A stretch of 39,086 nt of DNA. Origin: an uncultured Gammaproteobacteria bacterium (lineage in GTDB: Bacteria > Patescibacteriota > Patescibacteriia > UBA9934 > GWF2-40-263). This document shows positions 17,151-23,517 of the stretch, in pieces. A program made the translations under genes and the position numbers. Numbering within the stretch: the first letter of the stretch is position 1; every line of letters starts with the position of its first letter. Location of the stretch: the NCBI GenBank assembly GCA_964573855.1, contig CAZNKO010000003.1, forward strand, positions 1 through 39,086. The letters run 5' to 3'. The notes under the pieces are model-generated. The model did not search any database, was not told the DNA's origin, and saw only the letters and a program-made list of their open reading frames with translations.

Positions 17151-18023
17151 TCAAGAATTATTTAAACTGCGATAGAGGAGCGTGTCTGCGATGACGAAGA
17201 GGGGATTTATGATGGCGGCGATCGCGAGCGGGAACACGGTGATGGAAACCGAAGAAAGCCTGGCATACACGTCCAGGTTTAAACCCGCGGCTGCCGCGAT
17301 GAAGACATTCATGACGTAACCCACGACCGTGAGGGCGATAAGGCCGAACAAGGCGAAGACGAGCTTTGGGATGACCAAGCGCCAAAATACGGCCCAGAAA
17401 CGGCCGTGCACAAGCGTGCGGCTTCGGTGCATGGATTCAACGCTCTTCCGGTTTTCAAAGATCGGGAGGTAGGGGGCAAAAAAGTATTCAATGCTCCACC
17501 GGATCGTTAACACAAAGGCCACAATGATTGCGACTGCGATAAGGACGTTTCCAAGAATGAGGAGGGGGTTCCATTGAAGCCAATTTCCAAGGACGAGAAG
17601 AATGGCCACCGGCCCTCCGCTCACGACGAGCGCGAGGAGGACAAGGGCACCGACGAGGATCGCAGCTCCGAGCGAAGGGAGGAATTGGGATTTCGCTTCC
17701 CGCATGGCGCGGCCGGCCGTGACCCGGTGGCCTTCGTCCTGCGCCTTTGCGGCGCGGAGCAGGGAGACGAAAATCCAGAAACCGAGGAGCGGGCCCACCA
17801 TATACGTCGCGACAATGTAGAGGACCAGTCCGAAGGTTTCGGAAGCCGTGAGGCCGGCTCCGGAGACGAGGGTCCGGGCATTTGGGTAAAAGGCGATCGC
17901 AACGATATCAAGGAGGATGACGGCCGCGATCCAACCGGAAATGCCGAGGTAAAGGGGCCAGGCGGCACGATACCGCTCCCAGCTTTGATCAATGAGCTCG
18001 CCGATCGAAATGAGTTTGGACAT
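17151..18023 (-). CDS. polytopic membrane protein (paralog of previous gene)
   Basis: Same architecture and shared motif as the 16409-17146 protein; only a 4-nt spacer separates the two genes. Confidence 0.7.
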   Translation of the reverse strand: MSKLISIGELIDQSWERYRAAWPLYLGISGWIAAVILLDIVAIAFYPNARTLVSGAGLTASETFGLVLYIVATYMVGPLLGFWIFVSLLRAAKAQDEGHRVTAGRAMREAKSQFLPSLGAAILVGALVLLALVVSGGPVAILLVLGNWLQWNPLLILGNVLIAVAIIVAFVLTIRWSIEYFFAPYLPIFENRKSVESMHRSRTLVHGRFWAVFWRLVIPKLVFALFGLIALTVVGYVMNVFIAAAAGLNLDVYARLSSVSITVFPLAIAAIINPLFVIADTLLYRSLNNS

Positions 18024-18031
18024 AGGGGACT

Positions 18032-18135
18032 AAATTCGAAATGTTGAAAATTCGAAATCCGAAGAAGGAGAAACAAATTTTAAAATTCGAATTTTGAATT
18101 TTTTCGGATTTTCTATTTTTCGAATTTCGGATTTC
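18032..18135. repeat. AT-rich TTCGAA-based tandem and inverted repeats
   Basis: AAATTCGAAAT, GAAAATTCGAAATCCGAAG ... AAAATTCGAATTTT ... TTCGGATTTTC ... TTTTTCGAATTTCGGATTTC. The repeats fill the tmk to membrane-protein spacer. Confidence 0.7.
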
Positions 18136-18817
18136 ATACGGATAGGATGGGGAGGACGAGTCCCCAGACGCGCTCATGAATGCTTTCAATCGAGAGGAGC
18201 TGTCCGTTCTCGACACATTCCACCACCCGGAAATCGTTTGGGAAGCGCTCGGCCATTTCGAGGTACGTTTTTTCCGCGGCCTCGATATGCTTCACATCCG
18301 TTTCGAGGATATCGCGGGCGATCTTCGCTTTCCAGCCCCCACGCTGTTTGGTGAGCTCCATCGCAATCGCAGCCGGCACATGCAGAATGATATTGATGTC
18401 GGGCTTTGGGGTTTGGAGAAGTTCGTGCTCGATCTCCCTGTCCCAGGTGAAAAATTTTCCTCGCTCTGCCGGATCCTCGATGTGAGACCCTTGGTGTCCC
18501 ATGTTCGCGCTCACATACCGATCAGCCACGACATGCTTGCCGCTCTCGAGCCAGTCCCGAATTTGGAACGAGGCGTCGAACCGGTCCACGGCGTAGAGGA
18601 GGGAGGCCCGATACGGTCCCACCGTTTTGGCCGAACCGTAGGCACCCGAGAGATATTCTTCCACAGGCCCGGCACTCTTTTTGCCGTACTGCGGGAAAGC
18701 GATGGTCTCGACCGGCCCGTGCTCGAACTTCATTCGGTTAATAAGGAGCTTGGTCTGGGTGGCTTTGCCAGATCCGTCTGTGCCGTCAATCACGATGAGT
18801 TTCCCGCGCCGAACCAT
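18134..18817 (-). CDS. tmk: thymidylate (dTMP) kinase family
   Basis: P-loop IVIDGTDGSGKATQ, DRY motif (VADRYVSAN), and lid region. Confidence 0.9.
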   Translation of the reverse strand: MVRRGKLIVIDGTDGSGKATQTKLLINRMKFEHGPVETIAFPQYGKKSAGPVEEYLSGAYGSAKTVGPYRASLLYAVDRFDASFQIRDWLESGKHVVADRYVSANMGHQGSHIEDPAERGKFFTWDREIEHELLQTPKPDINIILHVPAAIAMELTKQRGGWKAKIARDILETDVKHIEAAEKTYLEMAERFPNDFRVVECVENGQLLSIESIHERVWGLVLPILSV

Positions 18818-18835
18818 AGGAAAGATTATAGCAGA

Positions 18836-19267
18836 TTAGCCCGTCGTACCCCAGCCGCCCCGTGAGGGCGCCGTGAGCGTCTCGGCTTCGATGAATTTTG
18901 CGTGTGCGACAGGGAGGAAGAGCCCTTGGGCGAGCCGTTCGCCCTTTTCGATCGTGTAGGGTGCGGTCCCCTCGTTCAGGAGGGCGAGATGGAGCTCATC
19001 CCCCGGCCCGCAATAATCAGGATCGATGATGCCGATGCTGTTCGTAAGCCGGATGCCCTTTTTTGCGTTCGATGAGCGTGAGGCAATGATCAACACATAT
19101 CCTTCGGGGACGCACACAACGAGTCCGGTTTTGACGAATGCGCGTTCGCCGGGCGCAACCGTGACGGATTCGCTGACCGCGATGTCGAATCCAACGGCTC
19201 CTTTTGTTTTATACTCCGGCAGGGGGACGTCGGACCCCATCCGCTTGATATGCACAGCCAAGTCCAT
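18836..19267 (-). CDS. dut: trimeric dUTP diphosphatase
   Basis: AVGFD, SRSS, GIIDPDYCGP, and C-terminal RGGWGTTG (motif V). Confidence 0.9.
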   Translation of the reverse strand: MDLAVHIKRMGSDVPLPEYKTKGAVGFDIAVSESVTVAPGERAFVKTGLVVCVPEGYVLIIASRSSNAKKGIRLTNSIGIIDPDYCGPGDELHLALLNEGTAPYTIEKGERLAQGLFLPVAHAKFIEAETLTAPSRGGWGTTG

Positions 19268-19325
19268 AACTTCGATATGTTAGCCCAAATCTTTGCCATT
19301 TGGAATGCCAGCGAGGTTTGGTAAG

Positions 19326-20171
19326 ATGGCGGCAGCTATGACGATATTTGACCGCCTTTATCTCGACACCCTGCGTCGAATTTATACGGAAGGGGAAATG
19401 GTGTACAGCCATCGGACCGGCTACGCGACAAAAGCGTTGCCAGGGGTTACGTATGAACTTGAACCGGCTAAAGGGTTCCCTCTTTTGACCGTCCGGAAGA
19501 TGTTCCCGAAGTTTTTTTGCGCGGAGATGGTCTGGTTCATCGCCGGGCACAAACACGCGGGTTTCCTCCAGCAATTTACAAAAGGGTGGGATGAATTTCT
19601 TGAGCCGGATGGCACGGTTGAGACCGCTTACGGTTATCGTTGGCGGCATCACTTCGGCCGCGATCAGCTCGTGGATCTCGTTGAACACCTGCGGGAGGAG
19701 CCGACCTCCCGTCAAGGGGTCGTTCTTATGTGGGACCCGGCTTCCGACGGCCTGCGCGCCCCGAAAAAGAAAAATGTCCCCTGTCCGTTTTGCTGGACCG
19801 CGAACGTCATCGGCGGCAAATTAAACCTCCATCTTGTCATCCGTTCGAACGACATGGTTCTCGGCAACCCGAACGATGTCGCGGATTTTGCTCTCTTGCA
19901 AGCAATCCTTGCCCAGGAGCTCGGGCTCGGTATTGGAAAACTCACGATCTCGATCTCCCACGCGCACATTTATGAAAACCAGTTTGATGCGGTGAATGAT
20001 ATTCTCTCACGTGACGTTCCTGTACATCCTGAAATTGTCTGTCGGCTCCCGGAGAACACTTTTCAACGCGCGCTTCAGGCCGACGCGGAACTTGTCCACG
20101 AATTGATCGAGATGTTCAAGGGCCAGTACCAACCGCTTGCGCCCATGAAAAAGATGCAGATCGCCGTATGA
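19326..20171 (+). CDS. thymidylate synthase (ThyA) family protein with Asp at the Asn177-equivalent position
   Basis: HRTGYAT, GWDEF, TSRQGVVLMWD, catalytic Cys in VPCPF, IRSNDMVLGNPNDVADFALL, HAHIYENQ, and TS-like C-terminus KKMQIAV. The start is uncertain (19305, 19326 or 19338); a GAGG 9 nt upstream favours 19326. Confidence 0.85.
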   Translation: MAAAMTIFDRLYLDTLRRIYTEGEMVYSHRTGYATKALPGVTYELEPAKGFPLLTVRKMFPKFFCAEMVWFIAGHKHAGFLQQFTKGWDEFLEPDGTVETAYGYRWRHHFGRDQLVDLVEHLREEPTSRQGVVLMWDPASDGLRAPKKKNVPCPFCWTANVIGGKLNLHLVIRSNDMVLGNPNDVADFALLQAILAQELGLGIGKLTISISHAHIYENQFDAVNDILSRDVPVHPEIVCRLPENTFQRALQADAELVHELIEMFKGQYQPLAPMKKMQIAV

Positions 20172-20665
20172 ACGTCATTCTCATCGCGGCAGTCTCCGCG
20201 GATGGCAAAATTGCCTCCGACGAAGGCCAATCGTCGCTCACGTGGACTTCCAAAGAAGACACGAAGTTTTTTGTTTCCAAAACCAAAGAGATCGGCACGG
20301 TTGTGATGGGGCGGAAGACGTTTGAAACGATCGGCAAGCCGCTCAAGGACCGGCGCATCATCGTCATGACGCATAAGCCAGCCATTTCGCAGATGATTGG
20401 CGTGGAATTTACAGCCGAGGAGCCGCAAGCACTTCTCTTACGGCTCGAGAAAGAAGGAGTGAAGGCGGTCGCGATTGCGGGCGGGGCGCAGGTGTACCGC
20501 ACTTTTTTGGACGCCAACCTTGTCGATGAGATGTTTTTGACGATTGAACCTATCCTCTTCGGCTCCGGTATGCCGCTGGTTGATCACGGCTCTGCAAAAA
20601 AACTCGAACTTCTCGCGTCGAGCCCTCTTGGCCCTGGCATCCTCCTGCATTTTCGTGTTCTCTAA
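20168..20665 (+). CDS. dihydrofolate reductase-like protein (RibD C-terminal/DHFR family)
   Basis: MNVILIAAVSADGKIA ... VVMGRKTFETIG ... IAGGAQVYRTFL. There is an ATGA overlap with the ThyA-family gene. Confidence 0.75.
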   Translation: MNVILIAAVSADGKIASDEGQSSLTWTSKEDTKFFVSKTKEIGTVVMGRKTFETIGKPLKDRRIIVMTHKPAISQMIGVEFTAEEPQALLLRLEKEGVKAVAIAGGAQVYRTFLDANLVDEMFLTIEPILFGSGMPLVDHGSAKKLELLASSPLGPGILLHFRVL

Positions 20666-20666
20666 C

Positions 20667-20745
20667 GTCCCCCTTTTCAAGGGGGACTACAGGGGGTTAC
20701 CGTAGCTTCGGTAACCTCCCCTAACCCCTCCTTGAAAAGGAGGGG
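20667..20745 (+). promoter_or_regulatory. three consecutive perfect hairpins; the third sequesters the SD of the downstream gene
   Basis: GTCCCCC-TTTTCAA-GGGGGAC (20667-20687). GGTTACCG-TAGCTT-CGGTAACC (20695-20716). CCCCTCCTT-GAA-AAGGAGGGG (20725-20745), whose 3' arm is the AAGGAGG SD located 8 nt before ATG 20752. Confidence 0.6.
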
Positions 20746-20751
20746 GGCACT

Positions 20752-21690
20752 ATGGCTGAATCAATCGCTCAAAAAGTAAGCGAGGTGAAATACCCCTACA
20801 TGCCGGAGGGGCGCGTGTTTAAGTTCGTACCCGAGAACGATCCGTTTATGGCCGAAGCAAAAAAGGCGCGCGAGACGCTTTCGGGCGATCCGCTCTTTCC
20901 GGTCGGCATGGTGCTCGTGAAAGACGGGAAGATTATTGCGCGTGCCGGAAACGGATTCAACAAAGGCGGCGGCGCGGTGCACGTCTGTCCTCGCATCGTT
21001 CTTGAGTCTCCGAGTGGAACCGGCTATGACCTTTGTCACCTCCACGACGCTCCCGGGCACGCCGAGCCAATGGTCATTGAGACCGCGCGGAAGGCAGGCG
21101 TTGATCCAAAAGGCGCTGACGGTTACATGTACGGCCACTGGTGGTGTTGCGAGCCGTGTTGGAAATCCATGCTCGATGCGGGTGTGCGCGACGTGTACCT
21201 TCTCGAAAACGCTCACGAGGTGTTTTCGCGCGATCATGTCTACGCCGAAACGCTCAAACCAAAGTGCAAAACCGTTTATATTGCAGGCGGACTTACGAAT
21301 TTGTCCGAACAGATTCGTGGTCTACAGAAGGGATTGTATGAAAAGCTTGCCGGCGCGGCCGAGGAGCTCGGTCTCACTGCGTATGTGCCGCATCATCACA
21401 GCGACCCCATTGTGCATCCAAAGATCTCACCGCGCGAAGTCTACGAGATGGATATCAAGCTCGTGAAAAACTATGATGTGATTGTCGCGGAGGTTTCCTA
21501 TCCCTCGCTCGGAGTCGGCGGGGAGCTTGTCGTCGCCAAGGACGCAGGAAAGAAGATCGTCCTACTCTCCAAAAAAGGCATTCCCGTCACGCGTTTCGTC
21601 CGCGGCAACCCCGCAGTCGTGTATCACATCGAATACGAAACCCCCGAGGCCGCGTGCAGGATGTTGAAGAATGTATTGAAGCAAATATAG
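20752..21690 (+). CDS. fusion: dCMP/cytidine-deaminase-fold domain + nucleoside 2-deoxyribosyltransferase/DNPH1(Rcl)-like domain
   Basis: N-terminal half: VGMVLVKDGKIIARAGNG, zinc motifs HAE (PGHAEPM) and CxxC (CCEPC). C-terminal half: VYIAGGL ... DVIVAEVSYPSLGVGGELVVAKDAGKKIVLL, as in NDT/Rcl-fold proteins. Confidence 0.75.
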   Translation: MAESIAQKVSEVKYPYMPEGRVFKFVPENDPFMAEAKKARETLSGDPLFPVGMVLVKDGKIIARAGNGFNKGGGAVHVCPRIVLESPSGTGYDLCHLHDAPGHAEPMVIETARKAGVDPKGADGYMYGHWWCCEPCWKSMLDAGVRDVYLLENAHEVFSRDHVYAETLKPKCKTVYIAGGLTNLSEQIRGLQKGLYEKLAGAAEELGLTAYVPHHHSDPIVHPKISPREVYEMDIKLVKNYDVIVAEVSYPSLGVGGELVVAKDAGKKIVLLSKKGIPVTRFVRGNPAVVYHIEYETPEAACRMLKNVLKQI

Positions 21691-21692
21691 AT

Positions 21693-22097
21693 ATGGACAA
21701 TGAAAGTAACACTTTGCTTTGGACGATTGTAAACGTAGCAGCGGTTTTACTTAGTCCGCTTATCGCTCTGTCGATTGGGGATATCCTTCAACGGAGGAAT
21801 CAATATCGAGCTCAGAGGTTTGACGTGCTAAGGAGAATTATCTCTTTTAGTTACCAACTACATCCAGACACTACTCGGAACGACGAATTTTTAAGTGCAT
21901 TATTAGAAATTAAATTTTGGTATCATCGCGATCGCCAAATTATTGGTGCTTGGATGACATTCCACAATAAGCTAGTAAGCGGAGCAGACGGAACCGACGA
22001 GCTGTATAAACTCATGGAGCTTCTTATTAAGAAAGAAAAACTTAAACTTTCTCACGCTGAGCTCGTAGCTACCTTATACGGTAAATATCGTAAATAG
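21693..22097 (+). CDS. hypothetical N-terminally anchored membrane protein, AT-rich gene
   Basis: ATG 21693 (MDNESNTLLWTIVNVAAVLLSPLIALSIG...). GC is markedly lower than the flanks. No family recognised. Confidence 0.55.
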   Translation: MDNESNTLLWTIVNVAAVLLSPLIALSIGDILQRRNQYRAQRFDVLRRIISFSYQLHPDTTRNDEFLSALLEIKFWYHRDRQIIGAWMTFHNKLVSGADGTDELYKLMELLIKKEKLKLSHAELVATLYGKYRK

Positions 22098-22100
22098 CGA

Positions 22101-22157
22101 CTAAATCCAGAACCGCTTCTTGAGCTCGTCGAGTTTGCCTTCGGTGAGCGCGTGGCG
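22101..22157 (-). pseudogene. orphan copy of the last 18 codons plus stop of the dcd-family gene
   Basis: The minus strand reads RHALTEGKLDELKKRFWI*, against RHALMEGKLDELKKRFEI* at the real 3' end (22850-22906). DNA identity is 44/57, with mostly synonymous differences. Confidence 0.7.
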
Positions 22158-22337
22158 CAATGAGATAGATCGTGATCGCGGCGACATTCAATGTCGCATA
22201 TGCGATGTGGAATGATAGACGCACTAATTGAACGGCCGTCCAGTTAATGCGTGCGCTAAAAAAAGGACTGACTGCCAAAAGCACCATATGGTGCTTTTTA
22301 CAGACAGCCCGTCGGTGCTTAATGTTCATCCTCTTGA

Positions 22338-22378
22338 CGAAAAGAAAAACCCCGTCGCGCGGCGTGCGTGAGCGGGGA
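22338..22378 (-). terminator. intrinsic terminator after ORF 22403-22795
   Basis: The minus strand reads CCCCGCTCACGCACGCCGCGCGACGGGG followed by TTTTTCTTTT. A second perfect palindrome, AAAAGCACCATATGGTGCTTTT, is at 22277-22298. Confidence 0.6.
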
Positions 22379-22402
22379 AGTGTGTTGTGTGTCGGACGCA
22401 CG

Positions 22403-22795
22403 TTACTGCGGGAGTTCGAAGAGAGCTTCGGGCGGTTCGGTGATGATGCACGTCGCCCTTCCTTCACCCACTTCACTGCCCGCGAACTTTCCGGTCCAGA
22501 ACTGATCCGCCAGCCAGAACGTGTACAAGATCTCGTCCGGTCGGTCGTTGTATCGTTTGGTGAATCGGATCTGGTCTTTCGTTACGGCGATGTTGTAGAG
22601 GATCGAGGTTCCCGCCGCGTCCCTCATGTAGCCACACAGGGCTCCGCTTTCGTCTGTGTAAATCACGCCAGCGAACATGTAGTTGAAGGTGCCATCGACG
22701 ACAATAACCTCGTGCCCCTTCGCCCGTTCTTCACCGCGGGCAAGGTCCAAGACCTGCCTGCGTTGGAAGAAATACCCTTGAATGAAACGTACCAC
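22403..22795 (-). CDS. hypothetical protein (130 aa)
   Basis: GTG start preceded by AAAGGAGG at 5-nt spacing, with its own terminator. No family recognised (…TKDQIRFTKRYNDRPDEILYTFWLADQFWTGKF…). Confidence 0.65.
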   Translation of the reverse strand: MVRFIQGYFFQRRQVLDLARGEERAKGHEVIVVDGTFNYMFAGVIYTDESGALCGYMRDAAGTSILYNIAVTKDQIRFTKRYNDRPDEILYTFWLADQFWTGKFAGSEVGEGRATCIITEPPEALFELPQ

Positions 22796-22849
22796 GCTTG
22801 CCTCCTTTGTTTGGGCAATAAAACCACGGTCAGCTTACTTGATAAGTCA

Positions 22850-23506
22850 TTAAATTTCAAACCGTTTCTTGAGTTCGTCCAATTTTCCTTCCATGAGCGC
22901 GTGGCGTTCTTCGTCTTTGTCGAGTTGAAAACCGGAAGAGCCGGTGCCGCTGTATTTGGCTTGCGTGACGCCGTGGAGGTTCGCTTCCTCCTGCGAGAGC
23001 GGCTGGGTGAGCTCCTGAAAGATCACCTGGCATACGCGCTCGCCGGGATAGATGCGGAGCACTTGGTCGCCGGCTTCGTTTTTCATCGGGAAGATGAGAT
23101 GGCCGTTGTAGCCCGTGTCGATGATACCGGAGAGGGAGAGGTCAATGCCGCGGCGGTTGGTCGAGGTGCGCGGGAAGAGGAGAGCCATGAGTTTTGGCGC
23201 GTTCATTTCGATGCGCTCGAGCGACATGCCGATCACGAATTCGTTTGGGAGGAGTTCAAAATATTGCCCGGGCTTTAAATAGACTTCGTCAAATTGTCCT
23301 TGATAGACCGACGGGTCATCGATCGAGATTTTGAGCGCGCGCCGCCCTTTTTCATCCATGGTCCAGTTTTTTGGAATCAAAAATTTGTACCCAAGCCGCA
23401 GGTCCACCGCATGCGGCTGGAGCTGGAACTGGTCGAGTTCTGGGGTGAAGCGGATCTCGCCACGCTTCACGGCCTCGAGGATTTCCCGGCGGGTGATGAT
23501 GGCCAT
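22850..23506 (-). CDS. dCTP deaminase (Dcd)/dUTPase-superfamily protein lacking the catalytic Glu
   Basis: AVDLRLG, PRTSTNRRG (compare GRSSLARLG), and GIIDTGYNGHLIFPMKN (compare RIDPGWSGCIVLEFYN). Pro aligns with E. coli Glu138. An extra C-terminal helix is present. Confidence 0.85.
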   Translation of the reverse strand: MAIITRREILEAVKRGEIRFTPELDQFQLQPHAVDLRLGYKFLIPKNWTMDEKGRRALKISIDDPSVYQGQFDEVYLKPGQYFELLPNEFVIGMSLERIEMNAPKLMALLFPRTSTNRRGIDLSLSGIIDTGYNGHLIFPMKNEAGDQVLRIYPGERVCQVIFQELTQPLSQEEANLHGVTQAKYSGTGSSGFQLDKDEERHALMEGKLDELKKRFEI

Positions 23507-23517
23507 AACGGGGGATT

